From: Callorhinchus milii
Lineage: Eukaryota
DNA: 64,000 nucleotides
Assembly (NCBI RefSeq): GCF_018977255.1
Contig: NW_024704743.1
Span: 23,004,001-23,068,000 of the forward strand
Direction of reading: 5' to 3'
Positions 24,571-38,140 of the stretch are shown here, in pieces; within the stretch, counting starts at the first letter, position 1, and each line of letters starts with the position of its first letter. Made by a program: the position numbers and the translations under genes. The notes under the pieces are model-generated. The model was not told where the DNA came from, ran no database searches, and saw only the letters and a program-made list of their open reading frames with translations.

Positions 24571-27549
24571 TCCAGATGTGCTTACAGATTTATCTGTATG
24601 AATTCCTGTACTGCTGGATGGGTCAATCAATCAGATCCTCTGATGTTGGATATTCTGAGTTGTTTTACTTACCAATTTCAAGGCTCCTGTAACTGAATAT
24701 CCTTTCCAGCCTCCACATGATTGAAGTGTAGTCTGTGCAAAATTGCCAGCAGATTTCAATGAGGGACACATTGCAGGACTTCAGTCAATCAAGATATGGA
24801 AGGATGCATCCTTCACATATATATTGTCACTGATCTTTGGATCACCGCACAAAGTTGTTGCTGATAAGCAATTGCCTGTGATGTTCCCCGATTCTAGATC
24901 AGTAACCAAAGATCTATTAGACGTTCGAAGGGAGGTTGCGTGTAGGGTTTGGCAAAATGATCAGACAGCTAGATTCCAGCAGCTGCAGATATGCAATTTC
25001 ATACCCATCTTGGCTATGCTTCCACCATTACATATGGATTAGACAAATACTTTGAACAGAATGTACTATCCTTAGTTGTGAGTTCTTTACCATTGGATCA
25101 GTTTGCACTACCATTGAAGCGATTCAGTCCAGTTTCTGCCCCTACTTTTACCTCTAAGTCAGGGGGAATATGGGATCAAACCCAATGTTATGACTTGAGC
25201 TCAAAGCTCAGAATAAAACTCTAGTGTCATACTTGTAATAACTGTGGATTACACAAGTATTAGCTGGATTTGTGGAAGTGCCATAATAATCCTTGCATTT
25301 GATATATTGCCTTTCACATCGGGAAGATGTCTAAAAGCACTTCACATGATATTCTGTATTTTGTAGGTGAACATTCAATGTTACACTGTAATTATAGCAT
25401 CAAATAGATATGAAATAACCCAAATTTCACCCTCAGTTTCAGAAAAACAAAACTCCATGTGTGACAATAAGAATACTTTAAAAAAATCGTTTCTTGCTAC
25501 TTTGCCTCTTAGCTTTGTGCTCTTCTTAGAACATAAGTTGTAAAGGCTGAGTGAGCTACACTGCAGGAGTTACTGAGCCAGGCAGTTGGAACGAGATAAG
25601 CTAACAAGTACACAATCAAAGTAAGATGATAAATTAAATTCTCTGGATAAGCAGCTGCATTGCTACTGGCTATTAACATAGCTCCCTCATGTTGTTGATC
25701 CAGAACCTGAGTCAGTCAGGAGCTTTCTTCATGAAGTCAGATGCTTATTAACAGTATTTTTAATAAATGATCATTGACTGAATGTTGTAGAATGACTTCT
25801 TATACTTTTGCCTACTACTGAAGTCTAGTTCTAATGATCTATAATTTCCAGGAAAATTAATACTCTTTTAGGCACCTTCAAGCCCCCTGGTGCATAAGGG
25901 ACGATGAAACATTCTGTCCCTTTATATTCAGGCATCACATCAACTTTCACTGTCAAATCAATTGTGTTTTGATCCCCGGGGGTGATGCTAGGTGGACAGT
26001 GCTTTGGTCAGATCGAACCTTGAATACTGCATACAATTCTGATCACCGTGACATAAGGGACTACTGCTAGAGGCAGTGCAGAGGAGAGCAAGAGTATTTT
26101 GTGGGTGAATAAAGTTACTCCACTTTATGGTATATCCTGTGAAGCATGAATGATGCTGTATCAGATGTAAGAATTATTATTAAAGTCTTTGGAGAAAGAA
26201 AAAGGGATGGGATTGGAGTCAATAATTCCAGTGAGGTAGTTAGCACCAGCAACAAAGTCAACAGCTTGCATTTATATAACGCCCTTCATGTGGGGTACTT
26301 AGACGAAGTGGGGCTTGACACTGAGCCGGGGGTGAGAGGAGATGACTGTAAGCACAGTCGAAGAGGATGGTCTTGAGCTGAGATTTGAAAAAGGTGAGGG
26401 TGGGGGCAATTCTCCATGATTCTACTTCTGAGTTTCACAATTTAATGTCTTTTCCTATATAATCAGGCCCGGATTTTGTCTCACAGCATAAAATCCGCAT
26501 TTCTAAAGGCAGTGTTTACCTTCTATTTTGCTAGTTCCAGCAATCACCAATATGATGTACAATCTGAAGCACATTATGATCACTTGAGTCTAAATGCTTC
26601 ATTGTTGTTGTTTCCCTGTTGTATTATTGTTAAAGACTAGTAAATCAAAAATAATATCACCTCTGCTCCACAAATTTACACTTTTTGATTAGAGCCAGTC
26701 TTTATCTTAAGTAATTTAAGTAATTTATTTCTGCTTCCATCCTTACGTGCTTCTCCCCATAGCTAATACTCTGGCTAAACATATCCATCTTTTATATTAC
26801 TTGCCTGTTACTAATTTGCCTCCCTTGGCAGCTCAAATTTCAACCCAAATTAATTTTACCATTTTGCCCACTAATACACAACTAATAATATCAATGACCA
26901 GCGTACTATAATATGATAATATGACATAGTATCACCTCTCCCACAACTTACTAAGTCTCTTCTAAATGTATTATTCGTCTTTCCAGCTGCATCTTTGGTT
27001 TCTTCCACAGTTTCCCGTTTATATCAATGTTCTCTCATTTGTTGTAAAACCCTCTATTTCTATCACTGTTAACCATACTGCTTATCTTTTGCTCTTATGG
27101 TCACCTCCCCCTTTAGCCTCATGAGCAGACTGTGGGGCAAACCTCAGGATTGACAGTCATTTGGTCTCAGCTGTCCCCAGCACATTTCAGCTGCACAAAA
27201 TTACAAACTTCAGGCCTTTCAGAAGACCCTTCAGTCCAGTTGATCTGAGTCTTTCTGAATACCCACTCTACCATATTCTTATTCCATCATCAGATTGTGG
27301 TCATCCTGCCACCTGCACCCCCCTTGCCCTCCAACCCCCAGCTGAGGTGCAAACTCTTGACTATCCAAGGAATGTTCTGCCTTGGATCATTTTCCCAAAG
27401 TGAATGGCACTATATAAATGCAATTTGTTGTGGTTGTTGTTGTTTTCTTTAAATGAATCATGCATTTTTGACCTCAACCACCCTTGAATATCCTCTGTTT
27501 TGGTGTATTAAATTGGATTGAAAAAGTAAACCCAGATCAATACTTTAGG

Positions 27550-27830
27550 ATGCAGCAAGTCAGTAGAACAAGAGGACATAGTTTTAGAGTTGCAAAGGGC
27601 AATTTTAAGTCAGACACCAGGAAGTTTTTCTTTAAGCAGAAGCTAATCAATGACTAGAACAGTTTGCCAGGAAAGGTGTAGAAGCCAGAACACTAGACTC
27701 ATTTAAAAAGCAGCTTGATTTTGTGGTGGGGGGGATAGGAGGGTGAGTGTTCTGGAGGATTGAGATCGGATGGATCAAAGGGCCTTCTTCAACCAAACAA
27801 ATCTTGTGACCTTGTGATCCTTGTGATTTT
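27550..27830 (+). mobile_element. CR1 LINE 3' fragment ending in (CTTGTGAT)-like repeats
   Basis: AGAACAAGAGGACAT...GACACCAGGAAG...; related tails at ~40107-40150 (-) and ~56525-56580 (-). Confidence 0.75.
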
Positions 27831-28580
27831 GTATACAAAAATACCTCCTGGTGCGTGTCCTAAAATTGCACTTCACGACCCTAAACCTGTGACCTCATGC
27901 TTTAGTATATCTGAAAGTCGAACTCTCTTTTGAAGTAAGGTAACCACACCTGTCACATCCTGTAGAAGCACAGTAACTGTTGCTCATTCTATGGTCCAGT
28001 CATTTATAACGGAAGATGGAGTGGATAGCAGCGTTGGAAAATATACAGTAGGGAATTTGTGATAGAAAATGTTTTGAAGATTTGAGAAAAAAGTTTCGTT
28101 CTTCAATGGCCTAAACCCTCTATACGCTTGAATTAATTCTCTAACTACAGCAGCATTTACAAGTGCAAAACCTACCAAACAAATTTACTTTATGTCAATA
28201 TAATGTACATGCAGAAATCGCTACAGGAATCTCTTACAAGCGAGGGGTTCCCAGGAGGTATTGTACAGATCCAATTTGACAGCTTGACAAGTAGCCTTTG
28301 CCATCACCTGAAAAGGCTTTACAGCTTCAACAGGGAAGGTGTTTAAATTGTTTTCTCTTTTTGTTTAAAAAATTAAACATTTTGTTTAATTCTTATCTTT
28401 TTTAATATACGTTTCATTAAGTTATTTTGTATGATGCATGGAAACCAAGGAATGCACATAAAGCATGACGAAGCAAGAATTTCTTCCTGCTAAAAGAAAC
28501 CAAAAATACTGAAATAAATATTTTCATTGTAGTGTTTACAATGAAACCATGAAACACGTGAAAATTCTGCCATAAGCTTT

Positions 28581-30067
28581 TGTGACATCATTAACCTCTC
28601 CCTGTCCTCTGGCACTGTTCCTTCCCCCCTCAAAACAGCCATTATCACCCCCACCTTGAAGAAGCCTTTCCTTGACCCATCACAGCTATCCAGCTGCCGG
28701 CCCATCTCAAACTTCCCTTTCTTATCCAAGGTCCTTGAGAGAGCCGTTGTCTCCCAGCTTCGCTCTTTCCTCTCCTCCCAATCCCTCCATGAAACCCCCC
28801 CCAATCGGGTTTCCTTGCTGCCCACAGCACTAAACTAAAATATATAAAATATAAAATATATATAAAGTGCAAAATATATAAACTAAACTGAAAGCACTAA
28901 GCACACCATTAAACTGGTCAAGGTCACAAATTACATCCTGACCATATGTGACCAGGGCACCCTCTGCCTCTTCATCCTCCTTGACCTCTCCGTCGCCTTT
29001 GACACCGTGGACCACTCAATCCTCCTCCACTGCTTCTCCTCCCACCTCAACCTTCAAGGTTCTGGCCTTGACTGGTTCAGGTCCTACCTTTCACACCACC
29101 GCCACTTCGTAGCAGCAAACGTCTTCTCCTCCAGCCCCCGCACCGTCTCGTGCGGTGTTCCTCAGGGCTCTGTCCTCGGTCCCCTTCTCTTCACCCTCTC
29201 CACACTCCCCCTAGCTGACATCATCCGCAGACATGGGGTAAATTTGCACATGTATGCAGATGACACCCAACTCTATCTCTCTGCCTTCACCCTCAACTCC
29301 AGGACTACTGGCGTCCTGACTGACTGCCTGTCTGACATCAAGTCCTGGACGAGGGACAACTTTTTCCAACTGAACATCAGCAAGACCGAGGCCCTCCTGA
29401 TTGGCTCGTGCCAGCGCCTCCAAACCTCAGGCGCTGGCAGCATCAGCCTCCACGGCTGCACACTCAACCTCACTAAGCCAGTCAGGAACCTGGGTGTCTT
29501 GTTTGACCCTGAACTATCCTTTCTCCCCCATATCCACACTATGACCGGCACTGCCTACCACTACCTCCACAATATTGCCAGACTCCACTACTGCCTCACC
29601 TCTCAGGCTGCCGAAACCCTCACCCACGCATTTGTCACATCAAGGCTCGATTACGGGAACTCCCTCCTCATCGGCCTTCCCAACTCTTCCCTTCACAAGC
29701 TGCAGATCATCCAAAACTCTGTAGCTCAGGTACTCTCGCGTACCAGGCTCTGTGACCCCATCACTCCCACCCTCACCCGACTCCACTGGCTCCCCATCCC
29801 TCAGAGGATCGAGTTCAAGATCTTCGTCCTCACTTTCAAGACCATCCATGGCCTTGCCCCCTCCTACCTCTCTGACCTGCTGACTCCCTACCAACCTGCC
29901 CGCTCCCTCCACTCATCAGGCTCCGGCCTGCTCCATGTCTCCCGCCCTACCCTCACCCCTACCCCACCCCTCCCCCATGCTCGGGTCCCGACACCTGACT
30001 GTTCAGTATAATGGGACGTTCTCGCGACGTGAAAGGCGCTCTATAAATGTAATTTTGTTGTTGTTGT
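28581..30067 (+). mobile_element. 5'-truncated L2 LINE with RT domain and 3' tail
   Basis: RPISNFPFLSKVLERAV, DLSVAFDTVDH, GVPQGSVLGP, YADD (29253-29264), SRLDYGNSLL and LHWLPIPQRIEFK; tail GGGACGTTCTCGCGACGTGAAAGGCGCTCTATAAATGTAATT(TTG)n. Confidence 0.96.
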
Positions 30068-31642
30068 GTCATTGTAATGAAATAGATTTGAAATGTAGAC
30101 ATTGCTGCATAGTGCAAAATAAATGCTGTGCCTTCCTTCTAATGTAAGATTAAGATAGGGAGGGCTATGTGCTAATATTGCGGTCCCTCAGGAGAAGGAG
30201 TGCATATAGTGTTTGAGATGCTGAGGGACATTTCTAAAAGTCAGACAGTCTGGTTTGTCATCCAGGAATATGCAAAATCTGAACCATAAAACGTGTCTAG
30301 TCAAGCATTTTCTAAAATGTGGATAATGTACGTCCCCTAAAGGAAACCAAACTGCATTTTAAATTGGCCTGATTAAATTCTGCTTTAAATCATTGCTATT
30401 GTACAGAGAGAGAGAGAGAGAGAGATTGATCCATTGTGGAAGCTTTTAAACAGATACATGAGCACATCATATGCATATTATAGTGTAAATTTAATGCAGA
30501 TGAGAAACATTCTTCAGACTATTTATTAATGTAGCTTTAATATCTATGATTACATGTGATTAACCATACTAACTACCATCAATCCATAATACGTCAATCT
30601 GTAACCACTTGATATTCAATCTATAACCCTGTATATAGTATAGTCAAGTTATCTTCTTGTTTATTTTTATTTATCTATATGGGTCTCTTATCTATCAAAC
30701 TGTCCCTTGTTTTGTAATATTCCAGATTTCTGCACTCATTTCAGTGAGTTTCTGCTCCATTTAAATCAAATCTCAATGTACAAAGTCGTGATATGAATAC
30801 AAAGGCATTCTGGTTCAGCACAAAGGGCAGGTAAGCTTTGAAGCGCTGTTCCATTGTACACATGTCAAATGTTTCCAGTGACCTATAAATACCAGGTTGG
30901 GTTTGCAAGTGCGAGGGTAAATTGCCAGGCTTTAAATACCTCACCCATTACAAAACTGGAGCCATGTTATGAAAAATGACTAACTGAAATGATGAGTTAA
31001 TTGGAGTCCGAAAATTGTAAAGCAGTCCCTTCCTCATGGAAATGCCACAAGAAATGCTTTTCTTTAATATCATTTTAATCCTCATGAAATATTTCATGAG
31101 GTGATTTATGTTGCGGTTATGGAGGAGGGGAATGGTGGGGTTATCAGATGCTTGCTATGACAATTATCACATCACATTTTGCACTATTCACCCTATATCT
31201 CACCCCAATCAGCTGCCAGCTTCCACTACAGTAGGTGCAGGTTGGGTTTTGCTGTTAACTTATATAATTTTTCTCTATTGTTTTTCAGGAATCCATGATA
31301 TTAGGTCGCTCTTTATTGCAAATAACAATGAAATGCCAGGGGACAGGATCCCATTCTTTCTTTATTAACAGACTTAAAGGATCTTTTCTTCTTCATTCAC
31401 TAATGATATTGAAGATTTAGAATTGAGTAAACAGCAGCAGAAAGTCATTTGTTAGCGATAAATTATTACAAACTCTGCTCTCCTTCGAGAAGCCATTAAA
31501 ATGCTTTTCTTATCATTGCCAAAATCGCCAATTCAGCACGTTAAGGCTTTGTTACAGGCCATTCATGAGGAATGGCAGCAAATATAGGAAGGTCATTCTA
31601 AACATGTGGCATTTAGTCAAGGTCAGAGCTTAGCTACTCAGA

Positions 31643-31959
31643 TTGATATAGCGCCTTATCACGTCTTTGAGATGTCTCAAAGCGCTTCACAGATTATATT
31701 GTAAAGTGGAGTGACTGTGTATTTGTGGGTGAAATGCAGCAGCCAATTGTGCACAGCAGTATCCCACAAATAATCATGAATTGAGTGACCAAATTATTAT
31801 TTTTTTTGAAAGGGATTATTACCTGGAAAAAAAGCGATCCGCCAATCGACTAACAACTGGGTTCCTACTTACTGCTAAGTAAACAGAGGCATGCCCGGGA
31901 ATCAAACCCAGGTCCACTCGCTTGCGAGGCGAGTGCTCTAACCACTACACTACAGGACT
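31643..31959 (-). mobile_element. tRNA-derived SINE, long form
   Basis: Revcomp head AGTCCTGTAGTGTAGTGGTTAGAGCACTCGCCTCGCAAGCGAG and internal GCAGTAAGTAGGAACCCAGTTG. Confidence 0.88.
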
Positions 31960-33879
31960 GAACCCCTTCTACATGAAGTATCTGTTCAATGTAATCACAG
32001 CTTTAGAATTAACCTGACAGTGTGAAATTAGTTCACGTTTTTCTACAAGAAACATTCTATAGTAAAGCTTGGGAAGCCCTTTGAAATATCTCAATAACAT
32101 GAAAAGGCACTATGTCAAATTCGAGGATTATTTTGTATATCATAATAAAAAAACACACTTGGGAGGTGAATCAGATAATCCATATAAATGAAATAGAGGA
32201 GTGAAGAATAAGGAAGTTTGAAATGGCGTTTTAATCAACTTTAGTATCTTCGTACAGGACAGCAACAGCTTATTTTTATATAACATCTTTCATGTAATCT
32301 CGAGTGGGGGTGGGGGGATGTGGGGAAAGGTTGTTGTGATCAAATCACAATTTAAATTGCTAATTATTGACTAATTTTAGGTGGCAACCCCCAGCACATT
32401 TGATTTTGGACAATTGTTAGGATCAAAGCCAAGTAAAAGCGCTAATGGCTACCTTCAATTGCAGTGCGAACATATGTATCAGTGTCGCTACACAGAATAC
32501 AGACCTAACTCAGAGGTATTCCCTTATCCCATGAAACAATACCCAACTGCCACGATTGTTGACAACAATAACATAACAGAAAATCTGTGACTGTCTTCAA
32601 GCTCAAACCTTGTGTCAGAGTCAGCTGATGTGTTCTTTTGGAGGGTTTAAAACCCAATCCCAGAGTGCATCGAGCAGGTCAATGGTTAATCCCGAAGGTG
32701 AGTCAGTTTCTGGGAGGGCAGAGTGCAAAAGAGAACAACACCCTGGATTGCAGGGGACACGGGGAGAGAATAGGAATTCACAAGGAACTGAAACTGCAGC
32801 ACGTCACAAGCAGAAAACCAGAGGTCTTGTAAGACAGTGTATGTCGCACTACAGCAAGGACTCTACCTCGGAGTTTGGGATTGACAAATCCGTCAGTGAG
32901 TTACGCATGTCTGCCTCATGAGTTCAAAACACTGCATCACATTTTAAGTGTGGATTTATTCATGTGGAGGAGTGGAGCGGCGTGAATGGAATGTGACAGC
33001 AGACGATCTGTGCTGTGAGGGGAGCAGCAAAGCTGGGATTGCTTGTGACAGTGGGAGACACGTGCGTGGAGTGAAAATTGGAAAAAAAAATGTTTTCTTT
33101 ATGCCGAAGGCTCAAGACTTCCGCGAGGTGGGGGAAACATGTTCAAACATCCAGATGTTTATGGCTGTCATGAGCAGCATACATTTTCTCCTCTTTATTC
33201 TGGAAATAGATAGATAGCTCCAGATACAATCACCTGGGCTCGATCAATACTTAAGTGGGAGAATCAACTACTTATTACAAAGGCAATATATGGCCATCAC
33301 TTTAATAGGATATTCTCCATATCAGATTGCAAAGAATTGAGTCCAACGCTTAATTTACAATTTAACTTTTGGATTACCACAGTTTTTCAGATATGAACTA
33401 CATCATGAAGCTTCTAAGTATACCTCTGTATAGTTCGTTGCTTTTCTTTCTTGCATCATTTGAAAGTGCTGACTCTTATTCCCCAATAGTTCTCCAGTAC
33501 CTCATTTAAATGTCCATTATTCAAACTATTCGATTCAATATCAGGTTGGCTCAGTTGGTAGGACTGCTGTCCTTAACCAAAGGCCTCATCTATTCAATCA
33601 GATGGATGGTAAAGATCTCAGAATATTATTTGAAACAGAAGGGAAACTTATCAGACAACAAAATCCGCACGAAGCACTGGAAGTCAACATTCTTCAATCT
33701 CTTTTTGTGCAGTCACCAGATCGCTCTGCACCATATATAGGAAAGTAACAAGTAAATGGTGAAAATAAAACAGCTCAATACATCATTCACTCAAGGGAGC
33801 CTCACTAGTTTGGAAGAGGCGCTTGGCAAGTCTCTCTGTTTTCTTTTGCTTAACCTGGGAAATTTTGGAAGATAACCAC

Positions 33880-34125
33880 TAGCAGATCTGAAAAGAAGTT
33901 TAAGAGGAATATCTTTAGACAGAGGCATGAGAATGCAAAACTTACTGCCTGAAGCTGTGGTTGAAGCAGAAAGCACCAACATATTTAAAAGGAAACGTGA
34001 TACATACATGAGAGAGAAGGTAATAGAGGGATATAGAAGAGGGGGTTAGGAGGGGTGTATAAACCCCGGCATGAGCTAGTTGGGCCAAATGGCCTATTTC
34101 TATACTATCATGTTCTATGTAATAT
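33880..34125 (+). mobile_element. CR1 LINE 3' fragment
   Basis: CTGCCTGAAGCTGTGGTTGAAGCAG...TTGGGCCAAATGGCCTATTTC...TTCTATGTAA. Confidence 0.7.
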
Positions 34126-35312
34126 TATTTAACCTCATACAAATGGCAGAAAGAGACCATTCGACTCATTGTGCTTGTCTCATGCTGGCTTCATGTCAGT
34201 CTTCTCTAATCCCAGTTATCTTCTTCACAATCTTTTATATAGTCAAATCTTTGTATTGCCTGTTTTCCTGATAAACTTATCAGTCCAAAAGATGCGACAG
34301 TAAGATGGCATCATTACACATTGGAATATTTAAGTATTATACTGTGACGATATGGAATAAAAGGGTTTCACACCAGAAAGCTTCCCTTGAGGTGAGCTTC
34401 AAGTTTCAGTTGAGCACTTAAAGTTAAATACTAAACAAACACCAAGTGTTCCCAGCTCGGAGGTGGAGAGAACTGGAGCACAATTCAACCCAGGTCAACC
34501 CAGCAAACATCCTGGTGGTCAGCTAGGCTATCTGCCTGTCTTTACTGTCTGTCATCACTGTCAGGAAACACTGTCATGTGTCTGTGGCAGATCCAAAGAG
34601 GGGAGCAAAAATAGCAAAAGAGGTTTGAGAGATCAAACCAACTAATGTGGTGCAATAATCCTTATAATAATAATAATAATCCTTGCATTTGGTATAGTTC
34701 CTTATCACTTCATCGAGACATCTCAAAGTGCTTCACAGAATATACTGTAAAGTGATTGACTATGTATTTGTTATCCTTTGCACCATAGTAGTATAATATT
34801 TTGTACATTCCCAGTTCTCAGCAGAAAATCACTTTTATGCAGTGAACTCTACTTTGAATATTCTCAATGCTGAGTCACATTTCACATTGTGGACATTAAA
34901 AGTTACTGCCCAAGGGAAAATCACCAATTAATCCAATAATTGAGGGCAGAATGGGCTAAATTAAACCCATTAATGGTTTTGAATCACTACTTTGAATGTT
35001 AAGCATGCATTGAACTGGGTTTTAAAGCCTACCTTTCTGTAAGACAAGTGACTGATCATAAATCTGTTCTTGAGTGTCTAGTGTGCAGAAACATATTCCA
35101 ATATCAAGAAATATTATCGTGCATTAAAATGAGTATGATGCAATTACTGAGAAATTTTATGCAGTATATAGTCAGCAATAATAATTATAATCCTTACATT
35201 TGATATAGCACCTTTCATCCGAGGAATACTTCATAGGATATACGGTAAAGTGTAGTGATTGAGTACTTTGTGGGCAAAGACATGGCCAATTTGCTGACAA
35301 CAATGTCCAACA

Positions 35313-35634
35313 AATAATAATAATAATAATCCTTGCATTTGATATAGCGCTTTTCACGTCGGGAGGACGTCCCAAAGCGCTTCACAGAATATACTGTAAA
35401 GTGAATTGACTGTATATTTGTGGGCGAACGCGGCAGCCAATTGCGCACAGCAATGTCCCACAAACAGTCGTAGATTGAAAATGACCAATTTATTATTGTT
35501 TTTGGTTTTTGGAGGGATTATTATTAGGCGTGTGGAGTAAGGAAACTTGCCCAAGGTTTCGCCCTCTGCCTGGAATTGAACTCAGGTCTCTCGCTTGCAA
35601 AGCGAGTGCTCTAACCACTGAGCTGCAGGACTCC
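35313..35634 (-). mobile_element. tRNA(Ala)-derived SINE, short young form, nested in an older Deu-type SINE
   Basis: Nearly identical to 42607-42912; the host element continues on both sides (35175-35312 and 35635-35775). Confidence 0.94.
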
Positions 35635-36789
35635 AAATAGTCATGAAGTCGATGACTAATTGTTTTAGGGATTTATTTGAGGGATTGCTGTTCCAGACAC
35701 CAGAGAAAATCAAATCTATTTTCGAATAGTGCTGTGGGGTCTTTAACATTCACCTATTTTTAATGTCTCATATATGAATTTTGTGCTCTAGCTACAATGT
35801 ATTGAAACAACACCCAGTTGAATTGTTTTGGTTGTCTGGTGCAAGTCAAATCATCTTTTAGTTTTCCTACAAAATACACAGTCACTACACTTGACAGCAT
35901 TTACCCGTGAAGGGCTTTAATTTCAATGCTATAAGCGCTGCATGAAATGCAAGGATTATTATTATTATTTATGAAATGTTATCAAGAGGGGGTTTCAGTT
36001 ATGAATAGAGGCTTGAGAAGTTTAAGGATTTTTTTTACACTCTAATTGAAACGGTTATGGAGTGGATCCTGATAAAGGTGATGAAGACCTATGACAGGAT
36101 AAATAGTGATAGATTATTTCCACGGGTTGACAAGTTTGTAATGAGAGAATACACATTTAAAACAAATCATAAAAGGAATTAAAGGGGAGGTGAAAACAAA
36201 TCTTTATACAGAGAGTAGTCAGAATGTGAAATTCTCTAACATAGAATCACAGTTAAAGGAGAGTTCACAAATTATTTTATTCATAATAATAATAATCCTT
36301 ACATTTGATATAATGTTGTTCACATCAGGATGGTGTCTCAAAGAGCTTCACAGGATTTCTTATAGAGTATAGTGACTGTGTATTTTGTATCTCAAGCCAA
36401 TTGGAATTGAGGAGAATATACATAGATATAAGATGCAAACTGAAGAGCAATATTAAAGAGTATGCAAAGCAAGTAAGTTATGTTCCCCCTCCAATCTGTC
36501 TCATGGGTGTAGCTGTCTGCTGGCCAGATCTTTACATCTTTCCTTCACACATTATTCCTGTGACATCCTAGCCAGTGAGTGTTGGCATGCAATATGACCA
36601 TACAATATTACAAGCAGAACCTATACTCAATTGATGCCTGATCATGTGCAAGAGCTCCTGGATAACAATGGAGAATGGAAACAGATTCTTTTGGCTGATT
36701 CTTTTCTCTAGCCTAGTCTGGAACCCTAATAAGATTATTCAGCCCAAACCGTTTTCAAATCACTTAATTCCCTTGCACCTCCCTACCTA

Positions 36790-37040
36790 TCCAATCTGCT
36801 TACTTCGCACTCCAACACCTGCAGCCTACACACAGATGGCTCCGGCCTCCTAATCGTCTTTCGTGCCCTCCGCTCCCCACCTTCAAATCCCGCCTAAAGG
36901 CCTTCCTTTTGATCGCGCTTACAGTCATTTCCCCACTGCCTCTCCCCTTGGCTCATTGTCAGACTCAGCCACTGTGAAGCGGTCTTGGACTCTACCCTGC
37001 GTGAAGGGCGCTATATAATTGCAAATTGTTGTTGTTGTTG
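36790..37040 (+). mobile_element. L2 LINE 3' end fragment
   Basis: CTTCAAATCCCGCCTAAAGGCC...CTACCCTGCGTGAAGGGCGCTATATAATTGCAAA(TTG)n. Confidence 0.78.
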
Positions 37041-37799
37041 CCAGAATGCATACCGCAATGGCTTTCTGGGTTTGTATGATTCCAATAGTTCATGTTCGGA
37101 AGACATCCCAAAGAGCTTCATAGTCCTGGTTTGGCATCTGAGCTGTTGCGGGTGGGGGGGCGATGTGGGTAGGAGAGGAAAGATGACTAAAGGCATGGTG
37201 AAAGAGGAAAATCTTGAGATGATCCTTGAAAGAGCTGATAGAGAGTGTAAATCAGAGGGACACCAGGATGGAGTTCCAGAGAGTGGGGGCAGATAGATAA
37301 GTGCGACATAAATGAGGTTCAGTTTGTTGTTTTCTTCGCCCACTAAGGAAGCTAAAGGAGTATGTCACACTGAGCTGCTAGCATTCTGCTCTGAGGTGAT
37401 CCAGCTTTAGCTCAGTGTTCCCACAATTGAGCAGGAATTTAAAGAGTTCCTTATTAAGAAATCCCATTGAGAAATGCACACTTGACTGAAATGACTTTGG
37501 CATAAATCTTGGGAGGAACGATCAATACAGGGTCAGTCAGTGAGAGAGTGGCGCTTTAGCCAGAGTAGCACTTGAAGGCTGTCTGTAATCCGGCGAGACC
37601 GGCTATCAAGATTGACTGACAATATCCAGAGGCTGAGCTGTTTACAGAAGGTGGTAGATGATGGATGTCTGCCATTGACAGATTGATGAGAGACGTGAGT
37701 AGTTTGGCTAACTGTGCTCAGCCAACTTTTAAACTGCAATACTAGGATACGATGCTCCAGGGCACTACAGTGTTATACCAAGTACCAACCTGTCGACTT

Positions 37800-38140
37800 T
37801 GTCTGCTCAGCTGGCTCCGGCCTGCTTCACGTCCCCTGTCTTGCCTGCCCCACCATTGGCGGGGTGGGGCGGGAGGGGGGTCTTCAGCCTCTCTGCCCGC
37901 GCCCTCTGGAACTCTATTCCACAGTCCCTCTACCTCACCCCCTCCCTTTCCTCCTTCAAGAACCATCTCAAAACCCTGCTCTTTGACCGCTCCTTTGGTC
38001 AACCTCCTACCCCTACTTGCCTACCCTCCACCCCTCCTGATCCAAACCACCAGCTCAGGTGTGGATCCCTGACTGTCCAGTGCCTTGGGACGTCCTCCTG
38101 ATGTGAAAGGCGCTATACAAACGTAATTTGTTGTTGTTGT
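37800..38140 (+). mobile_element. L2 LINE 3' end fragment
   Basis: FSLSARALWNSIPQSL...FKNHLKTLLFDR; tail GGGACGTCCTCCTGATGTGAAAGGCGCTATAC...(TTG)n. Confidence 0.88.

Noticed and set aside
27984..28178. Minus-strand ORF with an acceptor-like start (tttggtag|GFALVNAAVV...)
   Set aside because: No recognisable homology and no partner exons.
29007..30011. 334-aa ORF as a host or domesticated gene
   Set aside because: It is the RT/C-terminal part of a 5'-truncated, disrupted L2 copy with a typical tail.
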